A DNA stretch of 64,000 bases from an uncultured Fibrobacteria bacterium (GTDB taxonomy: Bacteria > Fibrobacterota > Fibrobacteria > UBA11236): the NCBI GenBank assembly GCA_963716395.1, contig OY970309.1:2848001-2912000 (forward strand), given 5' to 3'. Within the stretch, counting starts at the first letter, position 1, and each line of letters opens with the position of its first letter. The notes beneath the pieces are model-generated. The model saw only the letters and a list, made by a program, of their open reading frames with translations, searched no databases and was not told the DNA's origin. A program made the position numbers and the translations under genes. Positions 28,620-38,174 of the stretch are shown here, one piece after another.

Positions 28620-30920
28620 TCAAGCTCTGCGCGCCCTGTTGTCTGAGGATGTAAATCCCGGCCTGCGGCCAACTGCCGGCCGGGAAGCGGGGGGATGGAA
28701 AGGGCGGGCCCCGGAACCGGGGGGTAAGGTCGCGATGAGTTTACCCTGCAGAGTGAAGATATAGAGCGGCTGCGGATTCCTTTGCGGGGTGATGGGGAAT
28801 TCCAGGGAGATGGAGGTAGCCGGTTCATAGGGCGGAATCGGCAGATTGCTGAACCCGGCGAAATACCGCGTGCAGGTGTCCCGCCAGGCCCGGGCATCGG
28901 CATAATGGACGTCGAGCTTTTGCTGCACCGCGGCGAAGCGCTGGGCATCGACATAGGACCCTAGGGAGGGCCACTGGACGGAATCCATGACCCCGACGTA
29001 GTGGAGCCCGTCGAAGTACCGATAACAGAGTTCATTCCAGAAGGTTCTGCCGGTACTCAGCTTCTGTCCCCACGGCATGTGGAAAAACCAGCACAGATAT
29101 TCATTGGGGCAGGTCTGCAGGCTGTTGAATTCGTTTTTGTTTTCGGGGAAATACTGGCTGACGAAATTGCTGCCCCCGGTCGTGCGATCGTACCCGAGGC
29201 CGGCGGCGTCGGCCCGGTGCCAGTACACCGAATTCCAGTCGGCATGACTCGTGCTGCCGTCATAGCCCGGTGCCGGTCCGTAATGGGCGCTGGGATTGAA
29301 AATTCCCCCGAGCCCGAGCGGATCCATGTAATTCACGCAGGCTTCGCGCGAACCGGCCAGCATTTTCCGGATGGTGGCGACCAGGGTGGCGTTCCAGCCC
29401 CAGGTCATTTTCGTCCACTCTTCGGCAATCGAGTCGGAAGAGAGATCGTGGTCCCAAGCCAGGCGCCCGAAAGCGTACCAATTCGCCTGGTTGAAATCGC
29501 TTCCGCACCAGTCGCGGTCGGATCCGGTATTGGCGACGCCCGCGAGCGCGGACATCGTGTCGCCGTACACGCTCCCGTCGAGGATCTTGCCGACGGTGGA
29601 GCCCGGGCCCGTCGCATAGGTATCGAAATCCAGCACCTCTTTCCAATAGGGCCCGAGGTACACCAACTGGATAGCCTGGCCGAGGTACTCCTTGGTGATC
29701 TCGAATTCGCCGCCGCTATGGGTGGCCGTCATGGCCCCGAACAGAGGATGCACCGGCTCGCGCGGCTGGAAATCGAAGGGGCCGTTTTTCACCTGGAGGA
29801 TGACGTTGGCGCGGAACTTCCCGTCCAGCGGCTTGAACTCCTTGTAGGCCCGCTTCAATCGATCGGGATCGATGGAGTCGGCGTAGACGAAAGTGCGCCA
29901 GAGGACAACACCGCCATGGGGAGCGAGTGCATCCGCCAGACAGTTCGCCCCGTCGGCATGGGTCCGGTTGTACGTTTGCGGGCCGGGCTGGCCTTCCGAA
30001 TTGGCTTTCACCAGGAAGCCGCCGAAATCGGGAATCAGGTTATAGATCTCGTCGCATTTCTGCGCCCACCAGGCGATGACGGAGGCGTCGAGGGGATCGG
30101 CCGTGCCCAAGCCCCCGATCAATTGCGGTGCCGCGAAATTGGCCGAAAGATACACCTGGATTCCGTAGGGGCGGAAGACGTCGGCCAAGGCCTTGACCTT
30201 GGCGAGGTAGGTGGACGATAGGATGTTGGCATCGGCGTTGACGTTGTTCAAGACCGAACCGTTGATGCCGATCGAGGCGCAGGCTCTGGCATAATCGGTA
30301 TGGCGCAGATCGAGTGTTCCGGGCAAGGCATTCCAATTCCAGAGGGAATTACCGGCATATCCGCGCTCGATTGAACCATCGAGATTGTCCCAATGATCCA
30401 ACATCCGCCGCTTGATCTTGGGCTTTTCACTGAGGGAAAGACCGGTCAGGGATTGCCCGGTCTGGATAAGGCGAAGCAAGTGGAAGCTTCCGTACAGGGC
30501 GCCGATTTCTCCGAAAGCCGCCACCACGATGATCGCATGACCTCCGTAGGTGGTCGAAACAATCCGGTAGGCATCCTCATTCGCATCGAGAGTCAACCCG
30601 AGCGCCTTGATGACGGACGAATTGGCAGGCGTTCCCACGACAACGGCGCCGTCGGCGGTCACCGAAGTCTGACTCGGAACGGTTTGGCCGAGAAGGCCGC
30701 TGAGACCGCGCACCAGCTCGCTGTCGGCGGCCTGCATGGTGGCGGAACCGCCTTGGACCACTATCTGCGCGGCCGCGGACCGGTACTGGGCCAACAGCGA
30801 CGCGTCGGGGACGCGGACGTAACGCAACCAGAGGTCATATCCATCTTCGGCGCAAGCCGGTCCCAGACCGATAACCAGAAACAACCCCAACGCGATATAG
30901 CGCAAGCTCTTAATGTCCAA
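28620..30920 (-). CDS. aguA: Secreted alpha-glucuronidase (GH67) with a T9SS-like C-terminal domain; tail frameshifted, probable true stop at 28591
   Basis: EDGYDLWLRY, HWDNLDGSIERGYAG, NNVNA, GGFLVKANSEGQPGP, KNGP.DFQPREP, EYLGQ. Confidence 0.95.
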   Translation of the reverse strand: MDIKSLRYIALGLFLVIGLGPACAEDGYDLWLRYVRVPDASLLAQYRSAAAQIVVQGGSATMQAADSELVRGLSGLLGQTVPSQTSVTADGAVVVGTPANSSVIKALGLTLDANEDAYRIVSTTYGGHAIIVVAAFGEIGALYGSFHLLRLIQTGQSLTGLSLSEKPKIKRRMLDHWDNLDGSIERGYAGNSLWNWNALPGTLDLRHTDYARACASIGINGSVLNNVNADANILSSTYLAKVKALADVFRPYGIQVYLSANFAAPQLIGGLGTADPLDASVIAWWAQKCDEIYNLIPDFGGFLVKANSEGQPGPQTYNRTHADGANCLADALAPHGGVVLWRTFVYADSIDPDRLKRAYKEFKPLDGKFRANVILQVKNGPFDFQPREPVHPLFGAMTATHSGGEFEITKEYLGQAIQLVYLGPYWKEVLDFDTYATGPGSTVGKILDGSVYGDTMSALAGVANTGSDRDWCGSDFNQANWYAFGRLAWDHDLSSDSIAEEWTKMTWGWNATLVATIRKMLAGSREACVNYMDPLGLGGIFNPSAHYGPAPGYDGSTSHADWNSVYWHRADAAGLGYDRTTGGSNFVSQYFPENKNEFNSLQTCPNEYLCWFFHMPWGQKLSTGRTFWNELCYRYFDGLHYVGVMDSVQWPSLGSYVDAQRFAAVQQKLDVHYADARAWRDTCTRYFAGFSNLPIPPYEPATSISLEFPITPQRNPQPLYIFTLQGKLIATLPPGSGARPFHPPASRPAVGRRPGFTSSDNRARRA

Positions 30921-31046
30921 GACGCTACTCCTGAAATTCCCGAAATCTATTCAGATTCTAGCGCGCGGCTGTCAGAACTGGGGGGAAGAGCTTCTGCTTT
31001 TGGCCTAGGTTGGAACGGATCTGAACGGATCTCCCGGATTGGGGAA

Positions 31047-31499
31047 TTATTCCGGAAAGCCTTTCCCCTCCTCAATCAGCTTCACCAGACTGTCTTTCAG
31101 GTGGTGCGTCCAACCGGCTTCGCAACTGTCGTAACATTCGCTTTCCGGCGTCAGCCGTTTGTGGACGAATTCAATCCGGGTTTTTCCGTCCTTCTCGCTA
31201 AGCGTCCAAATCACATCCGTGTTTTTCCACTCTTGTTTGTCCTTGATCCAGTCCAGTTGGCAGTCGGTGACCCTCCAGACGATTTTCTTCTCCGGAATAA
31301 ACTCGGAGATGACGAAATCCACGAAGGTGTCTCCAAAACGCACGATGAATTTGTCTTGTGGTTTTTCCGCCCGGCCTTGGAAATTTTTTGCCCACCACAA
31401 ATCAACCCGGCCGATTTTTTTTAGGACGTCTTTGGCCGGGGCGTTGACGGTTAGGCGCAGGTGGAAATCCTGATTGTGTGCTGTGGATTGCTGTGTCAT
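31047..31499 (-). CDS. SRPBCC/AHSA1-like domain protein
   Basis: VDLWW, PEKKIVW.V.D, EW..T.V.W, F.H..LTP..ECY..C..GW. RBS AAGGAG. Confidence 0.85.
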   Translation of the reverse strand: MTQQSTAHNQDFHLRLTVNAPAKDVLKKIGRVDLWWAKNFQGRAEKPQDKFIVRFGDTFVDFVISEFIPEKKIVWRVTDCQLDWIKDKQEWKNTDVIWTLSEKDGKTRIEFVHKRLTPESECYDSCEAGWTHHLKDSLVKLIEEGKGFPE

Positions 31500-31917
31500 A
31501 ACGTGACTGCTCCTTTCTTTAACATCGAATACACTTTGCCGAAAAGTTTTCCGCCCACCCCGGAGGATGGGAGGCGATACCCAGGGCTTCTCCGACGCGT
31601 TCCCGGATTTCCGGGAATCTTCGAATTCCGAGAGCCCCCTGTTCAATATTATACCAAATGGTGTAATGTTATGCAAAGTCTTTTTCCCGGTGCTTTTCCC
31701 GCGGGATTTCCCTGTTGTTCTCACGTATTCTGGTTCCAACCGAAACCGTGAAACGCGTCTTGCTTGAAGACGCCGCAGCGAACACTCCGCGCAACTCGGG
31801 CGGGAATAGGGGCAAGCCCGATTTCTCGAAGCAAAACCGGCGCGGAGGCCCTAGATTTCCCGAGAAGAGCGTTAGATTGGGGAACCTTCCGGGGTTTCCG
31901 GGAATAGGGGCGAAGTT

Positions 31918-33432
31918 ATGCGCGAACACCCGATGATTGGATTCCCCTTTTTCATGGTCGCTCTCATCCATGCCCAGGCGATAAACGTACGCGGCACAAT
32001 CACCGATGCTTCCAATCAGCCCGTCGCGAACGCCAACGTGGAACTTCTGCACGCGCAACAAAAAGCCCTGTCTGGGGCCGACGGCAGCTACGTCCTGAAC
32101 ACCACCACCCGAATCCTGCCGACCGCGCCGGATGAATCCGCGAAGATCCGGATTTACCGGGGAGCGTTGGAATTGGCCCTCGTCCGTTCCGCCCCCATCC
32201 GGGTGGAGATTGTCAATGCCAGGGGGAAAGTCCTCGACCAAGTGTTCCTCGAAAAACCCATGCCGGGGAGCTATCGGTTCGACCTGGCCGGACGATTCCC
32301 CGCGAATAACCTGTTGATCGTGAAAGCCTCCGTCGGCACGGAGACGAAATCCTTCCCCTACTTCGCCCCAATCCCGGACGGGTGGATCACGCGCGCCTCC
32401 GTGGATTTCTCCCCGAAGGCCGGCCCCTTGCTCGCCAAGGTTTCCGCCATCGTGGACACGTTGAAGGTCTCCGCTTCCGGTTATGCCGCGAAGAGCGTGG
32501 AGATTTCGTCCTACGATACCACGGTGAACGTAACCCTCACCGCCGCGGACCGCTGGGGCGGTCCCGGCAATCCCGCGGGGCCCAGTGCCGGCTGCGGCAA
32601 GCCTATCGCGAGCTTGAAGACCGGCCATAACCAAATCACCAGCAGCGGCACCCAGCGGGATTTCATCATCGACATCCCCACGGATTATAAACCCGATCAT
32701 CCGTACCGGTTGTTCTTCTGCTTCCATTGGTACGGCGGAACGGACGATAGCATCGCCAGCGGCCAGGTCGAATTCGGGCCCGGCGGCGGCCCCGACAATT
32801 ACGCCTACTACGGCCTCAAACCCCTCGCCCTCAAAGCGAATGACCCGGCCATCTTCATCGCGCCCCAAGGGGTCAACAACGGATGGGGCGGAGGACAAAC
32901 CGATCACACCTTTTTCGACGACATGCTGGCCTTGGTCAAGGACAATCTCTGCATCGATACCACCCGCGTCTTCGCCACCGGTTTCAGTTTCGGAGGCATG
33001 TTCACCTATTCGCTTTCAACGGATCATCAAAAGCAGATTCGCGCCGCTGTCGGTATCGCCCCGGCCAATTGGAACATCTGGTTGCCCAGCCCTCTCCCGC
33101 GCGATCCCATCGCCTGGATGCAAACGACGGGGATGAGCGATCCGAATTGCAAGTGGATCTATGACTCGACCCAGCAATTGGGATCCAAATACATCGCCTT
33201 GCAGCGCGGGCAGGACAATGGTTGTGTCGTGCCGGCCGATATCCCCACCACCACGGTGGGGAGCAAGACGCATGTATGCTACGACTTCGCGGGTTGCAAG
33301 CAGGGATATCCGGTCAAGGCGTGCACCTTCGACGGTCCCCATGAAGCGAGCGTGGGCGACGGCGGAACCGGGAACGTGGGTAAGGACAGTTGGATTCCCC
33401 CCGAGTCCTGGAAGTTCTTCACGCAATTCTGA
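31918..33432 (+). CDS. Secreted CE1-like (feruloyl / acetyl-xylan) esterase with N-terminal beta-sandwich modules
   Basis: PSAGCGK, FCFHW.GG, IFIAPQG, CIDTTRVFATGFSFGG (GxSxG), G.SD, FDGPH, W.FFTQF. Confidence 0.8.
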   Translation: MREHPMIGFPFFMVALIHAQAINVRGTITDASNQPVANANVELLHAQQKALSGADGSYVLNTTTRILPTAPDESAKIRIYRGALELALVRSAPIRVEIVNARGKVLDQVFLEKPMPGSYRFDLAGRFPANNLLIVKASVGTETKSFPYFAPIPDGWITRASVDFSPKAGPLLAKVSAIVDTLKVSASGYAAKSVEISSYDTTVNVTLTAADRWGGPGNPAGPSAGCGKPIASLKTGHNQITSSGTQRDFIIDIPTDYKPDHPYRLFFCFHWYGGTDDSIASGQVEFGPGGGPDNYAYYGLKPLALKANDPAIFIAPQGVNNGWGGGQTDHTFFDDMLALVKDNLCIDTTRVFATGFSFGGMFTYSLSTDHQKQIRAAVGIAPANWNIWLPSPLPRDPIAWMQTTGMSDPNCKWIYDSTQQLGSKYIALQRGQDNGCVVPADIPTTTVGSKTHVCYDFAGCKQGYPVKACTFDGPHEASVGDGGTGNVGKDSWIPPESWKFFTQF

Positions 33433-33492
33433 GGCGGGGGATGGTGCGACGGTATCCGAAGTCGCCGTGGGTGTTGGGCCGGTAGGGGTAAT

Positions 33493-34266
33493 TCAGCCGG
33501 CCCGCAGGCGTTGCAAAAAGAAGGCCACGGCGCGCGTTCCCGTATCACCCAGGTCACGGGTGTATTCGTTGACATACAGTTGCACATGCGCCCGCAACAC
33601 CGCCGGATCCATGGATTGGGCGTGCCGCGCGCACAGTTGCAGCGTTTCGTCTTGATGCGCATAGGCCCAGTCCAGGCTTTGCCGCACCGCGTCTTCGATG
33701 GATTCCGAAGCGGGGCCGGCTGCGGGTCGATAGGCCAGCGCACCCAGGGGAATGGGGTGGCCCGTGGCTTCTTCCCAATGCGCGCCGAGGTCGCGTTCAA
33801 GCCGCAAGCCGTCGCGCGCATAGGTGAAGCGCATTTCGTGAATGACCACGCCTTGGGCCTCGCGCCGCTCCCGCAGCTCCCGGTACAAGGCGTCAAAGGG
33901 CAAAAAGCGTTTGCGCAGGGATTGGCCGGCCCAGAAGTCGAGCAGGAAATTGGCCGTGGTATTCTCTCCCGGAACCAGAATTTCAACCTTGGGATCAAAA
34001 GGCGCGCCCCCGGTCAGGAGCAGCGGGCCGCAGCCGCGGCCCAAGGCTCCGCCGCAGCGAAGCAGGTGGTAAGCGGAACAATGCCGGGCATTGGCATAGC
34101 TGATCTTCACCAGATCGAAGGCGCCGGCGCGCGCGCGTTGGTTGAGCGTCTCGACGTCTTCGAAGGCGAACGTCGCCGTCCAATCCGTTTTCACCGTGCC
34201 GTGCAACAACCCCGAAAAGATGAAGACGTCGTTGGGACAGGGAGAAATCCCGATGCGCAGGTTCAC
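33493..34266 (-). CDS. mqnD: 1,4-dihydroxy-6-naphthoate synthase
   Basis: SPCPND.F.F, DVETLN, GGALGRGCGP, IHE.RFTY, PIPLG, HV.LYVN. Confidence 0.95.
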   Translation of the reverse strand: MNLRIGISPCPNDVFIFSGLLHGTVKTDWTATFAFEDVETLNQRARAGAFDLVKISYANARHCSAYHLLRCGGALGRGCGPLLLTGGAPFDPKVEILVPGENTTANFLLDFWAGQSLRKRFLPFDALYRELRERREAQGVVIHEMRFTYARDGLRLERDLGAHWEEATGHPIPLGALAYRPAAGPASESIEDAVRQSLDWAYAHQDETLQLCARHAQSMDPAVLRAHVQLYVNEYTRDLGDTGTRAVAFFLQRLRAG

Positions 34267-34940
34267 GGCAACTCCCGGCGGCATTGCCGCCAGAACTCCG
34301 CCAAGATCCGCAAGGCCGCGGCCACGTTTTCAGGTCGCAGATCGCGGTCGGCGGCGATATTGCTGATGGCGCGCACTTCGCAGACCGGAATCCCGCGCCG
34401 CTCGGCGACCAAAGCCACGGCCGCGCCTTCCATGCTTTCGAAGTCGGCCGCGAACAGGCGATGGCGCAAAGCGCCGGTGCTGGCGCGGCCGGTGCAGCCG
34501 TTCACCGTAGCCCCGCGGCCGCGGCGCAGGCGCAGGTTTGCAAGTGCGCCGGTAATTTCTTCCGGAACCCACAAGGCGAGAGGACCGCACTCCGACGGGT
34601 CGGCGAAGGCGAAGCGCGACAGCGGCCGGAAACCTTCGGCATCGGGCATTTCCATGCCCAGGTCGGCGAAGATTTCCGAAGATCCGACGGCGAGGTCTCC
34701 GACCTCCCATTCCGCCGCGGCATAGGCCCCGGCCAAACCGGTGTTCACGATCCAGCGCGGCTGCAGGGCGTCGATCCAACGCGGTAGGCGCAGCAGGGTC
34801 GCCGGAATGCCGACCCCGGTAACGGCTGCGTAACCTTCGGGAATTTTCCACAACCGATTGGGTTCGACTATTTCCGCCCCCTCGAGGCCGAGGGTTTGCA
34901 ATTCGTCGCGGGTGGCGGCGCAGAAAAAACCCGGTTTCAT
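34263..34940 (-). CDS. mqnB: Futalosine hydrolase
   Basis: TGVG, N.GLAGAY, TVN.CTG, ESMEGAA, EVRAISN. Coupled to mqnD. Confidence 0.88.
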   Translation of the reverse strand: MKPGFFCAATRDELQTLGLEGAEIVEPNRLWKIPEGYAAVTGVGIPATLLRLPRWIDALQPRWIVNTGLAGAYAAAEWEVGDLAVGSSEIFADLGMEMPDAEGFRPLSRFAFADPSECGPLALWVPEEITGALANLRLRRGRGATVNGCTGRASTGALRHRLFAADFESMEGAAVALVAERRGIPVCEVRAISNIAADRDLRPENVAAALRILAEFWRQCRRELP

Positions 34941-35833
34941 GCCGGCTCCCGCGCCACGCCCGCTTCGAGATCGCGGGCGCGCTCCGCATCCCATTCGGCC
35001 GGCAGCGGCGTTGCGCAACTGGCCGCGCCCAGGGCCAAGGCGCGGCGCACCGCGGCTGCGGCGTCCCAGCCGCGCAATACCCCGTCGGTTAACCCGGCCG
35101 TGACGGTATCGCCCGCGCCGATGGGGCTGACGAGCGTACCCAGGGCCGGCAGCCGGTAGACGCCGTCAGCCGGACCCGCTCCGAACACCCGCGCCGCGCC
35201 GGCGCCCGCGGTGACGAGCCGGGCGGGCGGGGTCGGACCCGCAGTCGCTTCCACCACGGGCCGCAGGCGCGTGTATTCCTCGGTGTTGACCTTGATCCAG
35301 GCCAGCCGCGGCAGAATTTCGGGGCGTAAGCCCGCCACCGAATCCCAGAACACCGGCGCGTTTCCGGTGTGTGCGATCACGGCGGCATGGGCTGAATCCG
35401 GTACTCCTGAAGGTATCGTTCCACAGATCACAACGGCATCCCAGGCCGGCGGCGGCAAAACGGATTGCAACGCGTTTTCGAGGTCGGGTTCCGAGATTGC
35501 GAACGGCTCGATCAGTTCAGTGGCGCCGCAGTCAGGCGACACTACCGTGGTACAGACGCGCGTTTCTCCCCGCACCCACACCGGCAGATTGCGCAGACCC
35601 CAGGCGGCGCAGGCGTCGCGGCAGCGGCGTCCGGTTTCACCCGCGAGAATTTGCAGCAGCCACACGGTATGGCCCAGACGGGACAGGGCTTTGGCCACGT
35701 TGGCGCCTTTGCCGGCGGCCAGCTCGCGAACTTCGCGCGCCCGGTTCACGCCGCCGACCTGCAACCGATCCAGGATCAGCACCCGCTGCCAGGCCGGATT
35801 CAACCCCACGACCAGAACCTGGGCCATGAGCAA
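34937..35833 (-). CDS. PfkB family (1-phosphofructokinase-like) sugar kinase
   Basis: LNPA, AGKGANVA, ETR.C, IKVN..E, PIGAGD. Confidence 0.88.
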   Translation of the reverse strand: MLMAQVLVVGLNPAWQRVLILDRLQVGGVNRAREVRELAAGKGANVAKALSRLGHTVWLLQILAGETGRRCRDACAAWGLRNLPVWVRGETRVCTTVVSPDCGATELIEPFAISEPDLENALQSVLPPPAWDAVVICGTIPSGVPDSAHAAVIAHTGNAPVFWDSVAGLRPEILPRLAWIKVNTEEYTRLRPVVEATAGPTPPARLVTAGAGAARVFGAGPADGVYRLPALGTLVSPIGAGDTVTAGLTDGVLRGWDAAAAVRRALALGAASCATPLPAEWDAERARDLEAGVAREPA

Positions 35834-35869
35834 AAGATAGCTGACGGGCGTTCCCTCCGCCGCGGCGGG

Positions 35870-38107
35870 TCAGGCGTGCACAGGTGCCGGTGCGGGCAGT
35901 TGGCGGATGTGGGAGTAGAAGGTGACGCGGTTGCGGCCGTTCTTCTTGCTGTAATACATGGCCTTGTCGGCGTTGTCGATGAGATCGCTTTTGCTCGTGC
36001 CGTCGAGGGGAAACGAAGCGCTGCCGATGCTCACCGTAACGCGCAGGGTTTTGCCCTCGGCCTGCACCAAAGTGCGTTCGATGGCTTCGCGGATGCGCTC
36101 GGCCAGAGGCACGGCCAGGGCCTCATCGGCTTGAATCAGGGCCACTACGAATTCTTCGCCGCCGTAGCGGGCGCAAAAGTCGGAGGTGCGGATGCTTTGG
36201 GTCAAAGTGCGGGCCACCATTTTCAGGACCAGATCGCCGACCGGATGGCCGTAGGTGTCGTTGAAGGATTTGAATTTGTCGATGTCGAGCAACAGCAAGG
36301 TCAGGGGCTGGCGGTAGCGCTGGCAGCGTTCGATTTCGCCGGTGAGAAAATCCTGGAACTTGCGGTGGTTGGGAATCTGGGTCAGGCCGTCGATGGTGGC
36401 CTGGTTCTCCATCTCCTGGTACATGCGCGCCTTGGTCAAGGCGTTGGAGACGTTGGCCATGATGGTTTTCATGGTTTGCAACTCGGCTTCCGAATAGGTG
36501 CCGGTATCGTTGTTCTCTACGCCCACGATGCCCAGGGTCGATTGACGATCGTCCTGGATCGGGGCCAACAGCATGTCCTGCGGACGGGTCTCGGGGGGAT
36601 CTTCCTGGTTGAAGCGCACGAAGCGTTCTTCTTTGCGGAACCCCTGCACCACCAGCGCGCGCCGGTTGCGGAAGACGCTGCCGTACAGGCTGTGGGGATC
36701 CTGCACGTCGAAATCGGCGCCCTCGACGAGTTGGCCCGGTTCGCCGAAAATTTTCCAGACGTAACCGCGGCCCGAATGGGGATTGTATCCGCAGATCACG
36801 ATGCGATCGTAATCAAAGGTGCGCTTGAGCGATTCCACCATGACTTCCAGCACTTCTTCCCAGCGTAGGGCCGCCGCCAGGTTCTTGGAAATCTCATACT
36901 GGTTGTCGGCCTGGAGCGCGAAGCGGTTCATCTGGATGCGCATGTTGGTGTTGGTGATCATGGCCGAAGCAATGCGCGTGAAACGGTCCATCAGGGTTTT
37001 GTGATCATCGGTAAAAGCGCGCACGGATTCCGAGTCAACCACCAGCAGGCCTTGCACCTGGTGGCTCTGGATGTCCATGACCCGCATGACCATGATGGAG
37101 TTGATGTTTTCCGGCGTGTGGTAGTAATCCAGATGCGCGGTGTAGGATTTGAGGTTGCCGGTGACGAAGCCCGCCGGCTTGTTCAGGGCCCCACCGATCA
37201 CGCCTTCACCGGCGCGGATCACGCAGTCGTAATTGAAGTTGCGGCTTTTGGTCACCACCGCATTCACCACGAGGTCTTCGCCAATCGGGTCAAACAGAAA
37301 TCCGATCGACGTATACGCCTTGAAGTTGCGGCTCATGAAATACACCACTTCTTCCAAGGTGTTTTGCTTGTCTTTCATCGCCTTGGCGTTCAGGTTTTCC
37401 AGGTAGGAGCGCGAATAGAATTGCGTCGCCGAAGGGGAGTCTGCATCGGTGGCCGCAATGATGGTTGAAGACCGGGCAGCTTGCGCGGCGGCGTCGGTCC
37501 CCTCTTCGTGGGCCGGCGAAGAGGCCGAAGAGGCCGCCCCCGCACCCGCCGCTTTTTTCGGAAAGGCGCCGGCAAAGGGGGCCGCGTTCTGAATAAAGCG
37601 GCGCGCCCCGAGCAGCACCAGGTTGACCAGCAACGCCAACAGAACCGGACTCACCATTTCTGTGGTGTAGGAATGAATATCTCGGATTGGCGCCGGCGTG
37701 AGGTGGGGGAGAAATCCGTACACGCGGTTGGCGAGTTGCACCGAGGTGGAGAGTAGCAGCAATAGCAGGCCGAAAAGAGCGTGCAACGGGTTGGCCAAAA
37801 CACCTTGCAGGGCGGCCCAGGCCACCAAAGGCGCCAGATTCAAGGGTTGGTTGACCCCCCCCAAAAATTGAATTCCCGAGGCGGTCAAGGCCAACAGCCA
37901 GCAAATCGAGGCCAGACTGCCCAGGGGATAAGCGCCTTTGCCGGCCTTGGTCAATAAGACGGCGGTGGCAGCTACGGAGAGGGTGAGCAACCACATGCCG
38001 GGGGTGGGTGGAATTTCTCCCAAGGTCGGCAAATAGGCGACCCCCACCACCACATAGGCGGCTCCGCAAGCGACAAGGAAAAGCTCAAACGCCTTCATGG
38101 ATGGCAA
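35870..38107 (-). CDS. Membrane-bound GAF-GAF-GGDEF diguanylate cyclase
   Basis: N-terminal TMs, two GAF-like regions, DGLTQIPN, DIDKFK.FND.YGH..GD, RTSD I-site, RYGGEEF. Confidence 0.93.
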   Translation of the reverse strand: MPSMKAFELFLVACGAAYVVVGVAYLPTLGEIPPTPGMWLLTLSVAATAVLLTKAGKGAYPLGSLASICWLLALTASGIQFLGGVNQPLNLAPLVAWAALQGVLANPLHALFGLLLLLLSTSVQLANRVYGFLPHLTPAPIRDIHSYTTEMVSPVLLALLVNLVLLGARRFIQNAAPFAGAFPKKAAGAGAASSASSPAHEEGTDAAAQAARSSTIIAATDADSPSATQFYSRSYLENLNAKAMKDKQNTLEEVVYFMSRNFKAYTSIGFLFDPIGEDLVVNAVVTKSRNFNYDCVIRAGEGVIGGALNKPAGFVTGNLKSYTAHLDYYHTPENINSIMVMRVMDIQSHQVQGLLVVDSESVRAFTDDHKTLMDRFTRIASAMITNTNMRIQMNRFALQADNQYEISKNLAAALRWEEVLEVMVESLKRTFDYDRIVICGYNPHSGRGYVWKIFGEPGQLVEGADFDVQDPHSLYGSVFRNRRALVVQGFRKEERFVRFNQEDPPETRPQDMLLAPIQDDRQSTLGIVGVENNDTGTYSEAELQTMKTIMANVSNALTKARMYQEMENQATIDGLTQIPNHRKFQDFLTGEIERCQRYRQPLTLLLLDIDKFKSFNDTYGHPVGDLVLKMVARTLTQSIRTSDFCARYGGEEFVVALIQADEALAVPLAERIREAIERTLVQAEGKTLRVTVSIGSASFPLDGTSKSDLIDNADKAMYYSKKNGRNRVTFYSHIRQLPAPAPVHA

Positions 38108-38174
38108 TCGATTTGGAACTGGAAGCGGGCCTCGCGGGAATGTTCATGCGCAATCTTTTGTTATTGTAGTACCG

